Translations under genes and position numbers: made by a program
From: Rickettsiales bacterium
Lineage (GTDB): Bacteria; Pseudomonadota; Alphaproteobacteria; Rickettsiales; SXRF01
Length of the DNA stretch: 64,000 bases
Direction of reading: 5' to 3'
Assembly (NCBI GenBank): GCA_025464625.1
Contig: JAOAUZ010000001.1
Coordinates: 462,848-526,847 of the forward strand
In this document: in pieces, positions 8,508-18,788 of the stretch
Position numbering within the stretch: position 1 is the first letter of the stretch
Layout: every line of letters begins with the position of its first letter
The notes under the pieces: model-generated
The model's input: the letters and a program-made list of their open reading frames with translations, nothing else
Database searches by the model: none
Told to the model about the DNA's origin: nothing

Positions 8508-8545
8508 GTAGAGGAGATAGGATTGACAAACGACCTACTGGTCAT
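8508..8545 (-). repeat. degenerate copy of the tRNA-Pro 3' half
   Basis: GTAGAGGAGATAGGATTGACAAACGACCTACTGGTC versus tRNA (plus-strand read) GGTCGGGGAGATAGGATTCGAACCTACGACCCTCTGGTC. Same orientation, about 120 bp beyond the tRNA 3' end. Confidence 0.6.
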
Positions 8546-8633
8546 TTGCCCTACGGTCGACTTCGCCGTCCAGTTTTTCTTACTGAAAAATTGTTGAACC
8601 TTTATGGTTCTCATGCACTATCATAACATTACT

Positions 8634-8661
8634 AAAAAAGGGGCATGAAAGCCCCTTTTTT
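8634..8661. terminator. bidirectional hairpin terminator
   Basis: AAAAAA-GGGGC-atgaaa-GCCCC-TTTTTT, between the membrane-protein gene and the 3' end of tRNA-Pro. Confidence 0.8.
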
Positions 8662-8666
8662 AGTAA

Positions 8667-8743
<77 letters not shown>

Positions 8744-8809
8744 ACACGACACGCTACCAACTGGTCTGGTAGCGCATATAAAAACAATCCCTCACTAACG
8801 TTCGGGTGG

Positions 8810-8831
8810 CAGACTGCGCTACTCCCCGACA
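8810..8831 (-). repeat. 22-bp perfect duplicate of the tRNA-Pro 5' end
   Basis: CAGACTGCGCTACTCCCCGACA occurs at 8725-8746 (tRNA 5' part plus 3 nt) and again at 8810-8831. A further D-arm-like piece, CGCTACCAACTGG, lies at about 8750-8762. Confidence 0.8.
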
Positions 8832-8844
8832 AAAGAGATGCTAA

Positions 8845-8917
8845 GATTACTAGATGACAAGATGATAAGAAAGTATTAGATGAATAAATCATCTCGTCAT
8901 CCAGTCATCTAGTAATC
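8845..8917. repeat. nested inverted repeat upstream of dapA
   Basis: Perfect 14-bp arms GATTACTAGATGAC (8845-8858) and GTCATCTAGTAATC (8904-8917) enclose an inner hairpin AGATGA-ataaa-TCATCT (8878-8894). Confidence 0.7.
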
Positions 8918-8969
8918 AAAATTGTGAGTCACCTTCTTAACCGTCAACAATTAACTGTCAACTAAAATT

Positions 8970-9857
8970 ATGTTCAAAGGCGTATATACTGCATTAATTA
9001 CTCCGTTTACAGCAAAAGGTGCTGTGGATGAGAAAGCATTTCAAGATTTTGTCGAATGGCAGATAGAACAAGGTGTTCACGGGCTTGTTCCCTGCGGAAC
9101 AACTGGTGAATCTCCCACTTTAACCCATGATGAACATAACCGCGTGATTGATTTATGCGTTGAGGTGGCGAGGGGGCGTGTACCTGTTATGGCTGGCACT
9201 GGCTCTAATTCCACTGATGAAGCCATTATGACCACACGTCATGCTAAAAAATCTGGTGCTGACAGCGCGCTTGTCGTTGTTCCTTATTATAACAAACCAA
9301 CACAAGAGGGTTTATATCAACATTTTAAGGCAATAAATGATGCTGTTGATATTCCAATTATCCTATATAACGTTCCAGCGCGCAGCGTTGCCAATATGAG
9401 TGATGACACAATAGCACGCTTGGCAGAGCTTCCTAATATAGTTGGGCTAAAAGATGCCAGTGGAGATTTAGCACGACCATATATTTTACGTTCTAAACTC
9501 AGTGATAAAAATAAAGAACAATTCCAGCTATTTTCTGGTGAGGATATGACAGCGGTTGCCTTTAATGTTTCTGGCGGGCATGGCTGCATCTCTGTTGCTT
9601 CCAATGTTATGCCAAAAGCCTGCGCAGAAGTTCAGGAAGCATGCTCAAAAAAAGATTATGTCAGTGCGCTGACTTTGCATGATAGGTTAGTTGCGTTAAA
9701 CTCTGTTTTGTTTTGTGAGACTAGCCCCTCACCAGTTAAATATGCACTATCGTTAATGGGCAAGTGTTCACCAAATCTGCGGCTGCCATTGGTAGGTGTG
9801 TCCGAAGTGTCACAAAAAGAGATTGAAAGAACATTAATAAATTTGCGCTTGCTATAA
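8970..9857 (+). CDS. dapA: 4-hydroxy-tetrahydrodipicolinate synthase
   Basis: 295 aa with PCGTTGESPTLTHDEH and YNVPARS motifs of the DapA family. Confidence 0.92.
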   Translation: MFKGVYTALITPFTAKGAVDEKAFQDFVEWQIEQGVHGLVPCGTTGESPTLTHDEHNRVIDLCVEVARGRVPVMAGTGSNSTDEAIMTTRHAKKSGADSALVVVPYYNKPTQEGLYQHFKAINDAVDIPIILYNVPARSVANMSDDTIARLAELPNIVGLKDASGDLARPYILRSKLSDKNKEQFQLFSGEDMTAVAFNVSGGHGCISVASNVMPKACAEVQEACSKKDYVSALTLHDRLVALNSVLFCETSPSPVKYALSLMGKCSPNLRLPLVGVSEVSQKEIERTLINLRLL

Positions 9858-9900
9858 AACATTTTTTCATCTTTATTAGCAAATCTATTGGAATGATTCC

Positions 9901-10407
9901 ATGTCAGTAAAAAATAATGCAAATGCTAAGTCTGCTGGTAGCAAAAATACTGGTAGTAGTAATGTTGCACAGAACCGCAAGGCTCGCTTTGAATATTCTG
10001 TCGAAGAAGAATTTGAAGCGGGGATAGTGCTAACGGGAACTGAAGTGAAGTCGCTGCGTGCGAATAAGGTTCAGATAAACGATGCATATGCAGGTGAAAA
10101 AGATGGCGAAATTTGGCTGTTTAATGCCTATATCGCTGAATATTCTGGGGGGAATCGTTTCAACCACGAAACTCACCGCCCGCGCAAGTTGCTACTGCAT
10201 AAAAAGCAGATACGCAAATTGCTGGGGAGACTAAAAGTTAAAGGGGTGACGCTGGTGCCACTGTCGCTCTACTTCAATAGCCGTGGTTTGGCAAAAATAA
10301 AATTGGCACTGGCAATGGGTAAAAAACAGTATGAAAAACGTGATACAATAAAACAACGTGACTGGCAGCGCGACAAAGCCAGAATCATGCGAAACAAGAA
10401 CGGGTAA
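9901..10407 (+). CDS. smpB: SsrA-binding protein
   Basis: 168 aa with [16 protein letters not shown] and LLLHKKQI motifs. Confidence 0.9.
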   Translation: MSVKNNANAKSAGSKNTGSSNVAQNRKARFEYSVEEEFEAGIVLTGTEVKSLRANKVQINDAYAGEKDGEIWLFNAYIAEYSGGNRFNHETHRPRKLLLHKKQIRKLLGRLKVKGVTLVPLSLYFNSRGLAKIKLALAMGKKQYEKRDTIKQRDWQRDKARIMRNKNG

Positions 10408-10423
10408 AGTAGGTAAGAAAACT

Positions 10424-11854
10424 ATGTTAGAAGCAATTACAGATTTTTGGAAACCAGTAAAAAAAGCACAGCCACCTGCCAAACTGAAATTAACTGATAT
10501 GCAGATTGGTAGCACGGTAATGTTTGGATATGTTCCGCAGGTTGCACTTAGCGGAAAGAAACTGACAGTATCAGCCATAAACAGTTATCAATTTGGTCAG
10601 GATGTTCTTACATCTTTTGTGCTTAGTGGCGATAATGACACTGATGTCTCGATGATTATTGCAGAGGCACAAGGCGAGCAGTATCTTGCTATTTCACGTC
10701 GCCTTTCAGAAAGTGAGAAGCAAAGACTATTTGATGCTGATGCTCTGAAAGAAATAACTGAAAAAAATGAAATAACATCATTCAAATGCAGGGATAATGT
10801 TCCAGAGTTAAAGGGCTGGCTTGTCGGTGGCTATAAACGTGAGATTCAAGGTATGCGTGGATTTATCCATCGCGCTGATTTCCGTAATGGTAATAATGGG
10901 TCACATGCTGGAGCAGAATTTCAATACACATTGTTAGGTAGCAACAGCAATGAACATGCAATTGAAATTGAGTCCTATGCTGATGGGCATATCGATGTTT
11001 ACGCTACCATCTATCGCCGTACAACCGACATTGCAGAAGTTGTTCACTCGGATAAAGCACCGCAGCAAAATACAAAGCAGCCTGTAAAGGTTGAGCTTAC
11101 ACCTGTTATTGCAAAAGCTGTTGAAGAACCAGCCATTGTTCCAGTAGCCAGCATTGCGATCGTGCCAGAAACCGTAAAAATTGATGTAAAGGAAGAGAAG
11201 CCTGAACCTCCTAAGCTGGAATTAACTAAACCAGAGCCAAAGCTGGAGTCGGCTAAAATCGAACCAACCAAGCCAGCAGTTGAGCCAGTGAAGGTTGAAC
11301 CAAAATTGGAATCAGTGAAACATGAGCCAGTCAAATTGGAAGCAGTGCCGCTGCCACAACTAACTGCAACACCGCTTGTACCAGAAATAGCTAAACCAGA
11401 ACCAATCAAAAATACTAATGAGGAGAAAAAGGATATGACCATGACAACAACAGTTATTAGCAATGAAACAAAACCATCAAATGGTGTGGTGACCAGCGAA
11501 TTACCATCAGTTCCTAGCTTTGGAAGTTCTATATTAAAACAGGAGATTAAGACCGTGACTAAAACAACAAATGGAATGGATAATGAATCCGTAGAATGTG
11601 ACCTTCGCGTTGCAAACCAACTAATCGATGAAGCTATCCGTAATGAGATGCGCCTATCAGATGTGGTTCGTCGTATAATCGAGCTTCCAGTGGCACATCA
11701 GGAAGCTGTGCAGATTCCAATCAACCTTGCTGATGAAGATTATTCATTGCTTGCTATTCGCTATGGTATTCCATCGTCTGACCGCAATGCAATTAAACTG
11801 CGTATCATTCAAGAATTGGGTGATTTTTCTGGCAGCAAGAAAAAGAATTCTTAA
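10424..11854 (+). CDS. hypothetical protein: possible DUF4178-like N-terminal region, Pro/Glu/Lys repeat linker, helical C-terminal domain
   Basis: ORF track gives 10358..11854, overlapping smpB. ATG 10424 (MLEAITDFWKP) lies 16 nt after the smpB stop. Central repeats KPEPPKLELTKPEPKLESAKIEPTKPAVEPVKVEPKLESVKHEPVKLE. The domain call is from memory and tentative. Confidence 0.6.
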   Translation: MLEAITDFWKPVKKAQPPAKLKLTDMQIGSTVMFGYVPQVALSGKKLTVSAINSYQFGQDVLTSFVLSGDNDTDVSMIIAEAQGEQYLAISRRLSESEKQRLFDADALKEITEKNEITSFKCRDNVPELKGWLVGGYKREIQGMRGFIHRADFRNGNNGSHAGAEFQYTLLGSNSNEHAIEIESYADGHIDVYATIYRRTTDIAEVVHSDKAPQQNTKQPVKVELTPVIAKAVEEPAIVPVASIAIVPETVKIDVKEEKPEPPKLELTKPEPKLESAKIEPTKPAVEPVKVEPKLESVKHEPVKLEAVPLPQLTATPLVPEIAKPEPIKNTNEEKKDMTMTTTVISNETKPSNGVVTSELPSVPSFGSSILKQEIKTVTKTTNGMDNESVECDLRVANQLIDEAIRNEMRLSDVVRRIIELPVAHQEAVQIPINLADEDYSLLAIRYGIPSSDRNAIKLRIIQELGDFSGSKKKNS

Positions 11855-11862
11855 GTATTACT

Positions 11863-11932
11863 TGTCATCCCGAGCGAGGTGAGGGATCTTTGCTTTATAA
11901 TGTAAAGATTCCTCGTTCTACTCGGAATGACA
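11863..11932. repeat. palindromic intergenic element (TGTCATTCCGAG family, inverted relative to 3054-3124)
   Basis: TGTCATCCCGAG...CTCGGAATGACA. Its reverse complement is about 90% identical to 3054-3124 by eye. Confidence 0.85.
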
Positions 11933-11939
11933 GATTTAC

Positions 11940-12452
11940 CTATTTAGGGCCAACCAACATTGAAATTTGCTTTCCTTCAATGCGCGGGAATTGTTCAATC
12001 TTGGCGTGGTCAGTGAGTGCGGTTTGCACTTGGTTTATAACCTTCATACCAATTTCAGAATGATCCATCTCACGTCCACGAAAACGTAGAGTGATACGAA
12101 CTTTATCTCCTTCTTCAAGGAAAGAAATGGTATTACGGATTTTGATTTCAAGATCGTGTTTATCAATCATCGGGCGGAGTTTTATTTCTTTTATCACCAC
12201 GACTTTTTGTTTTTTACGGGCTTCATGTGCCTTTTTCTGGATTTCGTAACGGTATTTTCCGTAATCGAGGATTTTACAAACTGGCGGTGATGCAGTAGGG
12301 GAAACTTCAACCAGATCCAGACCTGCTTTCTCAGCAAGGATCATTCCTTCGGCAGCGGATACAACGCCTACCATATTGCCGTTTTGGTCTACTAATCTAA
12401 TGGAAGAAGATGTGATTTCGCGGTTAACGCGTGGTTCATCGGGGCGACTCAT
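11940..12452 (-). CDS. infC: translation initiation factor IF-3
   Basis: 170 aa with RVNREI, GLDLVEVSP and PPVCKILDYGKYRYE motifs. Has an ATG start rather than the AUU known from E. coli, and no SD immediately upstream. Confidence 0.9.
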   Translation of the reverse strand: MSRPDEPRVNREITSSSIRLVDQNGNMVGVVSAAEGMILAEKAGLDLVEVSPTASPPVCKILDYGKYRYEIQKKAHEARKKQKVVVIKEIKLRPMIDKHDLEIKIRNTISFLEEGDKVRITLRFRGREMDHSEIGMKVINQVQTALTDHAKIEQFPRIEGKQISMLVGPK

Positions 12453-12478
12453 GCTAAGTCTAACAACAGTTTATTCAA
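12449..12478 (-). promoter_or_regulatory. candidate 9-codon upstream ORF translationally coupled to infC
   Basis: AGGAGG (12484-12489), then 5 nt, then TTG AAT AAA CTG TTG TTA GAC TTA GCA TGA. The TGA overlaps the infC ATG as ATGA. Confidence 0.35.
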
Positions 12479-12597
12479 ACAGTCCTCCTGTAAAAAATTG
12501 ATAAAATAACTATATCCGCAAAAAGTTAATATTTTGTTGCGATGTTCCCTAATAGCCGAAATCCGCAGAAAATCAAGAAATAAATAGCAAAATACAA

Positions 12598-14511
12598 TTA
12601 AACAGGTGTTTTTGCTTCCAACAACAGCGCGTGCTTGGCATCATCAAACTCCTGCAATTCCTGTCTTTCTGAGCCTAATCTGCGGATGGAAACCGTACGA
12701 TTTTCTCGTTCTTTTTCACCCACAACAAACATTACAGGCACTTTTTGCAAGCTATGTTCCCGCACTTTGTAATTTATTTTATTATTAGAAACATCAAGAA
12801 CAGCGCGTATTCCAGCTAATTTAAGAATTTCACAAATCTCAAAGGCATAATCATCAGCCGCTTCGGTAATGGTTGCCACCACCACCTGCTGCGGTGCAAG
12901 CCAGAGCGGGAATTTTCCTGAATATTCCTCAATCAAAATACCAATAAAACGTTCCAATGAGCCAAGTATCGCACGGTGGAGCATTACAGGGCGTTTTTTG
13001 CTGCCATCTGGTGCGACATAATTAGCGTCCAAGCGTTCTGGTAATACGAAATCCACCTGCAACGTGCCACATTGCCAATCGCGCCCGATAGCATCCCGAA
13101 GCACAAACTCTAATTTAGGTCCATAAAACGCACCTTCACCAGAATTTAGTGTCCACTCCAATCCTGCCGCATTTACCGCTTCTTTCAGGGCATTTTCAGC
13201 TTTATCCCAAGTTTCATCCGTTCCTGCGCGTTTGGCAGGACGATCAGAAAATTTTACGCTGACCTGCGTAAAACCAAAAGTTTTATACACGTCTTTCAGC
13301 AAGTCACAAAAAGCCACAGTTTCGCTGGTGATTTGGTCTTCAGTGCAGAAAATATGCGCATCATCCTGTACGAAGCCACGAATCCGCATAATCCCATGCA
13401 AGCTGCCAGATGGTTCATTACGGTGGCAAGTGCCGAATTCCGCCATACGCAGCGGCAAATCACGGTAGCTCTTTAATCCCTGCCTAAAAATCTGTACATG
13501 GCAAGGACAATTCATCGGCTTCACCGCCATTGTGCGTTCTTCATCGGAGTTGCTCACAAACATATTTTCGTGGAATTTTTCCCAATGTCCGCTTGCTTCC
13601 CACAGGCTGCGATCAACTAATATAGGCGTTTTTACTTCAATATACCCATTAGCTCTAATTTTACTGCGGATGTAGTTTTCAATAGTACGATAAACAATCC
13701 AGCCTTTATCATGCCAGAACACCATCCCCGGTGAATGTTCCTCAATATGGAAAAGCTCCAGCTCTTTGCCCAGCTTGCGGTGGTCGCGTTTTTCTGCTTC
13801 TTCCAGCATAGTTAGGTAGTTTTTCAAATCTTTTTCGCTTGCCCAAGCAGTGCCATAAATTCGTTGCAACATTTCATTGTTAGAATTTCCCCGCCAATAT
13901 GCACCAGCAACTTTCAACAACTTAAATCCAGTGCCTATTTTAGCGGTGTTGGCAGCGTGCGGACCTCTGCATAAATCGATAAAATTCCCTTGCCGATATA
14001 GTGATATTTTTTGCTCTGCCGGAATTGCGCTGATAATTTCCGCCTTATAATGCTCACCGATTGATTTAAAAAATTCCACCGCATCATCACGATTCCATTC
14101 TTCACGGCGGATATTTTCACCCCGCGCAACAATTTCTTTCATCCGCTTTTCAATAGCTTCTAAATCATTGCTAGAAAATGGAGTCTTCCTAGAAAAATCA
14201 TAATAAAAACCATTATCAATTGCAGGGCCAATGGTCACTTGCGTTTCTGGAAATAATTCCTTTACCGCTTCCGCAAGAATATGCGCGGTGTCATGGCGGA
14301 TAAGCTCCAAACCATCGGCATCTTTAGCTGTGATTATCTGCACGCTCGCATCTTTTTCAATGGGCAAATAAATATCATGCAAATTGCCATCAACACGCAC
14401 ACATAGCGCAGCTTTAGCAAGCCCAGCACCAATCGATGCAGCAAGCTCCTCACCAGTTACAGCGTTGGCAAATTCACGTTTCGAACCATCAGGAAGGGTA
14501 ATTATGGGCAT
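12598..14511 (-). CDS. thrS: threonyl-tRNA synthetase
   Basis: 637 aa. TGS-like N-terminus, [11 protein letters not shown], and class II motifs ([22 protein letters not shown]). Confidence 0.95.
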   Translation of the reverse strand: MPIITLPDGSKREFANAVTGEELAASIGAGLAKAALCVRVDGNLHDIYLPIEKDASVQIITAKDADGLELIRHDTAHILAEAVKELFPETQVTIGPAIDNGFYYDFSRKTPFSSNDLEAIEKRMKEIVARGENIRREEWNRDDAVEFFKSIGEHYKAEIISAIPAEQKISLYRQGNFIDLCRGPHAANTAKIGTGFKLLKVAGAYWRGNSNNEMLQRIYGTAWASEKDLKNYLTMLEEAEKRDHRKLGKELELFHIEEHSPGMVFWHDKGWIVYRTIENYIRSKIRANGYIEVKTPILVDRSLWEASGHWEKFHENMFVSNSDEERTMAVKPMNCPCHVQIFRQGLKSYRDLPLRMAEFGTCHRNEPSGSLHGIMRIRGFVQDDAHIFCTEDQITSETVAFCDLLKDVYKTFGFTQVSVKFSDRPAKRAGTDETWDKAENALKEAVNAAGLEWTLNSGEGAFYGPKLEFVLRDAIGRDWQCGTLQVDFVLPERLDANYVAPDGSKKRPVMLHRAILGSLERFIGILIEEYSGKFPLWLAPQQVVVATITEAADDYAFEICEILKLAGIRAVLDVSNNKINYKVREHSLQKVPVMFVVGEKERENRTVSIRRLGSERQELQEFDDAKHALLLEAKTPV

Positions 14512-14547
14512 AAAATATCTTTATCTTGGTGTTATAAATTATGAATT

Positions 14548-14581
14548 TTGATAGTTATATGGTTTTTGAATAAACTATCAA
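14548..14581. other. hairpin between the sdhA stop and the thrS start
   Basis: Perfect 9-bp arms TTGATAGTT / AACTATCAA with a 16-nt loop and no clear T run. Could be a weak sdhA terminator or a thrS leader structure. Confidence 0.3.
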
Positions 14582-14603
14582 CAGCAATCGCTATTTCTGA
14601 TAA

Positions 14604-16382
14604 TCAATACCCTCTTTCCTCTGGTGGGAATGATATTGTTTTTTCTGTGTTTTCAAGGCGGACAGGGCGGATTGAATGGTGTATTTCCCCATTTTCATTC
14701 ATAGATGCTAGGCTATGGACCAGCCATTCTTCATCATTACGTTTAGGAAAATCAGCGCGGAAATGCGCGCCACGGCTTTCAGTGCGTTTCAGGGCAGATG
14801 TAAGGGTAACGCAGGCGAGACGCAGCAAATTATCGGTTTCTAAAGCATCCAGCAGGTCATTATTCCAGATGAGTGAATTATCAGAAACCTGCATATCAAA
14901 TTTGGCTATTTTCCATAAATTTGACAGCTTATGCACGCCTTCTGCCAGCAGATCATCAGTGCGAAAAATACTACCGTGATGTTGCATGGTGTGTTGCAAT
15001 TCTTTCCTGATTTTATTAGGGCGGGTGCTGCCAGTGGCAAAGCGTAGCCTATTAAAGCGAGTGAGAGCTGTTTCTAACATTTGGTCAGTAATTTTTTTGT
15101 GGGATGTTTTCTTGTTGATAGTTTTTGCTGCCAGTTCGCCAGCTGCTTTACCAAACACCACCAGTTCTAACAAAGCATTACAACCCAGCCTGTTCGCACC
15201 ATGAACGGAAGTGCATGACGCTTCGCCAATAGCAAGCAATCCTTCAATAATACTGCCGTTACCCACCACTTGGCTTTGTGAGTTCGTAGGAATTCCTCCC
15301 ATCGTGTAATGCACGGCGGGAATAATAGGTATCGGCTGTTTATGGATATCAAAGCGGGCAAAGGTTTTTACGATTTCCTTGATGGACGGGAGCTTGCTAT
15401 CTATTAAATCATTTGGCAAATGTTCCAATCGCAAATGCAGATGATCTTTTTTCTCACCACAACCGCGACCAGCAAGTATCTCTTGTTCCATTGCCCGTGA
15501 AATTATATCTCGTGATGCAAGTTCCATAGAGGAGGGGGCATAGCGTTCCATAAAACGCTCACCATCGGCATTGGTTAGATATGCTCCTTCACCACGCGCA
15601 CCTTCAGTTATGAGGACTCCTGTGTTATATAAGCTGGTTGGATGGAACTGGATAAACTCCATATCCTGAAGCGCAATACCAGCGCGCAGAACCATAGCAT
15701 TGCCATCACCTGTGCAGATAGTTGAGGCTGTTGTTGCTGTATAAATCTGCCCAAAACCACCAGTGGCAATGATAGTGGTGTGCGCCTGAAACACATGTAA
15801 ATCACCAGTCGCCATTTCCCATGCCAGCAGCCCTAAACACGTTCCCTGTTCGTCAAAAATCAAATCCAGAGCCGTATATTCAACAAAAAATTCAACATTA
15901 TGGCGTAGTGCTTGAGCATAGAGTGTGTGCAGTAGAGAATGCCCAGTTCTATCCGCCACAGCGCAAGCGCGATAGGCAAGCCCTCCTTTGCCAAAATCGG
16001 TTTTTTGCCCACCATAAGCCCGCTGGTAAATCTGTCCACTGTCATCGCGGGTAAATGGCATACCCATATGTTCTAATTCTGTTATGGCCTCTGGTGCATT
16101 TTCGCACATAAGAGCAATCGCATCCTGATCTCCCAGCCAATCAGAGCCACGCACCGTGTCATAAGCATGCCACTGCCAATTATCTGAGCTACGATTACCG
16201 AGAGCAGCGTTAATGCCACCTTGTGCTGCAACCGTGTGGCTGCGGGTAGGCGGAACTTTGGAAATACAAGCAACGGAAATTCCTTCCTCACTGGCTGCCA
16301 CAGCAGCTCTAAGCCCAGCACCGCCAGCACCGACAATCAACACATCATGTGTATGGAATATAATGTTATATGCTTTATTCAT
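14604..16382 (-). CDS. sdhA: succinate dehydrogenase flavoprotein subunit
   Basis: 592 aa. [10 protein letters not shown] dinucleotide fold, [10 protein letters not shown] (covalent FAD His context), HPTSL...[10 protein letters not shown]. Confidence 0.92.
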   Translation of the reverse strand: MNKAYNIIFHTHDVLIVGAGGAGLRAAVAASEEGISVACISKVPPTRSHTVAAQGGINAALGNRSSDNWQWHAYDTVRGSDWLGDQDAIALMCENAPEAITELEHMGMPFTRDDSGQIYQRAYGGQKTDFGKGGLAYRACAVADRTGHSLLHTLYAQALRHNVEFFVEYTALDLIFDEQGTCLGLLAWEMATGDLHVFQAHTTIIATGGFGQIYTATTASTICTGDGNAMVLRAGIALQDMEFIQFHPTSLYNTGVLITEGARGEGAYLTNADGERFMERYAPSSMELASRDIISRAMEQEILAGRGCGEKKDHLHLRLEHLPNDLIDSKLPSIKEIVKTFARFDIHKQPIPIIPAVHYTMGGIPTNSQSQVVGNGSIIEGLLAIGEASCTSVHGANRLGCNALLELVVFGKAAGELAAKTINKKTSHKKITDQMLETALTRFNRLRFATGSTRPNKIRKELQHTMQHHGSIFRTDDLLAEGVHKLSNLWKIAKFDMQVSDNSLIWNNDLLDALETDNLLRLACVTLTSALKRTESRGAHFRADFPKRNDEEWLVHSLASMNENGEIHHSIRPVRLENTEKTISFPPEERGY

Positions 16383-16502
16383 TGGTAGATGATAAGCACA
16401 CTAAGCAGAGTTGCAAGATATTTAAGAAACTTATGCTTGAACGAAGTCCATAGTTATAGTTATCTGGGTTAAAGTTGTTAAATAAATTTTAGGAGAAGTA
16501 AT

Positions 16503-16970
16503 ATGGCTGGCAGCGTTAATAAGGTTATACTTGTAGGGAATCTTGGTCGTGATCCTGAGATACGCTCAACTCAGGACGGGCGCGAAATTGCCAACCTAGC
16601 CATCGCCACTTCTGATAGCTGGAAAGATAAAAATACTGGTGAGCGCAAAGAAAAGACCGAGTGGCATCGTGTGGTGATTTTTAATGATGGCTTAGTTAAT
16701 GTTGTTAAAAATTATCTTAAAAAAGGCGCGAAGGTATATATCGAAGGACAGTTGCAAACCCGCAAATGGACTGATAAAGACGGTCAGGAAAAATATTCAA
16801 CCGAAGTAGTGTTGCAGGGTTTCAGCAGCGTGTTGACTATGCTCGATGGCAATAAAAACAGTGGCGAAAATGCAGGTGCTGGAAACTATAACCAGAGCTA
16901 CTCGCAACCAGCTTCTGCGCAAGGGCAAAAAGCTCCATCGGAGCTTATGGATGATGAGATTCCGTTTTAA
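16503..16970 (+). CDS. ssb: single-stranded DNA-binding protein
   Basis: 155 aa. OB-fold N-terminus NKVILVGNLGRDPE, Gly/Gln-rich linker, acidic tip DDEIPF. Confidence 0.93.
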   Translation: MAGSVNKVILVGNLGRDPEIRSTQDGREIANLAIATSDSWKDKNTGERKEKTEWHRVVIFNDGLVNVVKNYLKKGAKVYIEGQLQTRKWTDKDGQEKYSTEVVLQGFSSVLTMLDGNKNSGENAGAGNYNQSYSQPASAQGQKAPSELMDDEIPF

Positions 16971-16971
16971 T

Positions 16972-17042
16972 TGTCATACCGAGCGTAGCCGAGGTATCTC
17001 TACTGTATTAAGGTAAGATCCCTCATTTTATTCGGGATGACA
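16972..17042. repeat. palindromic intergenic element overlapping the rppH 3' end
   Basis: TGTCATACCGAG...TTCGGGATGACA. The last six codons and the stop of rppH (LSSRIK*) lie inside the right arm. Confidence 0.8.
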
Positions 17043-17502
17043 GTACTGTAGCAAACTCATCCACAATTGCCTGATATAATTGCCGTTTAAATGGAACTAT
17101 AAGGTTTGGTAGTTGCTGCATCTCTGCCCATTGCCACTGACAAAATTCGGGGTGGCTGGTTTCTATATTAATATCTGAATCCACGCCAGTAAAACGCAAA
17201 CAAAACCATTTCTGGCGTTGACCACGGAAACGTCCGCCCCATAGCTTTCCAATCAAATGATCTGGCAAATCATAATCATACCAACCTTGGCTCTCCGCAA
17301 TTATTTCCGCTTTATCCGTACCTATTTCTTCCTGCATTTCACGGATTGCGGCAGTCGCAGGGTCTTCACCTTCATCAATTCCCCCTTGTGGCATTTGCCA
17401 CGCTTCAGAGGAGGTATCAATACGCTTGCCAACGAATACTTTATTATCCGTATTGAGCAGCATAATTCCAACGCCAGCGCGATATGGTAAATCTATACTC
17501 AT
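17023..17502 (-). CDS. rppH: RNA pyrophosphohydrolase (Nudix)
   Basis: 159 aa. Nudix box [22 protein letters not shown]. Confidence 0.88.
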   Translation of the reverse strand: MSIDLPYRAGVGIMLLNTDNKVFVGKRIDTSSEAWQMPQGGIDEGEDPATAAIREMQEEIGTDKAEIIAESQGWYDYDLPDHLIGKLWGGRFRGQRQKWFCLRFTGVDSDINIETSHPEFCQWQWAEMQQLPNLIVPFKRQLYQAIVDEFATVLSSRIK

Positions 17503-17504
17503 AA

Positions 17505-18770
17505 CTAAAATCTCTTAGAAACAATTGCTGATACTGGAACAAGGTTAAAGCCATTTGTTTCAGCTTGAGAAGCCCATTCATTCAGTTGTTTTATTGTAAT
17601 AGGATAGGCTTTAGCAACACCAACTGCGTAACCACGCTGCTTGGCAGTTTGTTCCAAAAGTGAGAGACGGGCTTGAATTGCCACTGGGGTTAGCTCCTCA
17701 TCAATGAGCGCGTCGATTATAACACTGGCAGTATTGCCTTTTTCTATCATTTCCTTTGTTTCGTTCTTGGCTGGCTGCCTTCCAACGACTAACATCAAGC
17801 CACGACCAGAAAGCACCTGTAACAATGATTTAAACAGTTCGTTATTATCTAAAAAAACGTCATCGTATGGTGAAAGAAAACCAACATACCCTACCCCACT
17901 AGCCATCAATTTTTTAATTTTTATATCATTTTCTTTTTGTTCCTTCGAGACAAGAAGCCCAAGAGGACCAGGGTCGGAAACAGGATAATTAGAAGCCTCC
18001 ATAGGTAAGTCTATTAATATTTCATGACCACTGATGCGTGCTGATGTCATCCAGCTTGTCAAATCTTTAGAATAAGGAGAAAAGCTAAGATTTATTTCTT
18101 CTGGCAAACGCAACGCCAACTCACTAATATTTTTATTCTGACCAAGACCAGTAATAATAACGGCAATAATAGGTTTTTTATCTTTTGCCGTAACCGTTTT
18201 AGCGTAGTATTTCCAAGGTTTATTACCATCACTACTGATTTTTGGTAATGTTCCAAATTCTGTTTTATCCGATAAATCTTTAGAAATTTCTGCGGGAGGA
18301 GTCGTTGATGGAACTATTGCTGGCAATATTTCATCTTCCAGTTGGGGGGTAATTACCGTACCTATTTCTTCAACTGGAGCAGCTTCTTTGGGTTGTTCAG
18401 TTACCGCATTTTTTGTTGTCTCATCATCTACCTTGGGAGGCACTGAAGATTCTTTCTCAGGCTCTTTTTCTGGTGCTGCTTCCTTGACATCTGGTTCTTT
18501 AATGTCAGGAGTTTTTTCTGGCACTTTTTCCGCTGCTTCTTCTATGGGAGGTGCAGATGAAATTATTTTTCCTTCGATAGCTCCGCTATCGAGGGCAACA
18601 ATCAGCCTACGACCAGAGGAGAAGGCATCGGCTGTCTCCTGCGCTCCCATAAACCAAATAACTGCCACTTGCGACAACAGCAAAAGAAGCAGAAGAATTA
18701 GTCCCATTTTCCAGAACAACTGCCTCCAGAAAAATGGTGTTACTCTCTGCTTTTTCTTATCCTTTGCCAT
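17505..18770 (-). CDS. divergent polysaccharide deacetylase family protein (YibQ-like)
   Basis: 421 aa. N-terminal TM segment, Pro/Glu/Lys-rich linker, C-terminal domain with IAVIITGLG and DLPMEA motifs. Confidence 0.75.
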   Translation of the reverse strand: MAKDKKKQRVTPFFWRQLFWKMGLILLLLLLLSQVAVIWFMGAQETADAFSSGRRLIVALDSGAIEGKIISSAPPIEEAAEKVPEKTPDIKEPDVKEAAPEKEPEKESSVPPKVDDETTKNAVTEQPKEAAPVEEIGTVITPQLEDEILPAIVPSTTPPAEISKDLSDKTEFGTLPKISSDGNKPWKYYAKTVTAKDKKPIIAVIITGLGQNKNISELALRLPEEINLSFSPYSKDLTSWMTSARISGHEILIDLPMEASNYPVSDPGPLGLLVSKEQKENDIKIKKLMASGVGYVGFLSPYDDVFLDNNELFKSLLQVLSGRGLMLVVGRQPAKNETKEMIEKGNTASVIIDALIDEELTPVAIQARLSLLEQTAKQRGYAVGVAKAYPITIKQLNEWASQAETNGFNLVPVSAIVSKRF

Positions 18771-18788
18771 AAAACAGTACTTCGTAAT

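Noticed and set aside
9858-10423. Looked for a tmRNA (ssrA) gene next to smpB
   Set aside because: The flanking spacers are only 43 and 16 nt and contain no tRNA-like acceptor/T-arm sequence. ssrA must be elsewhere.
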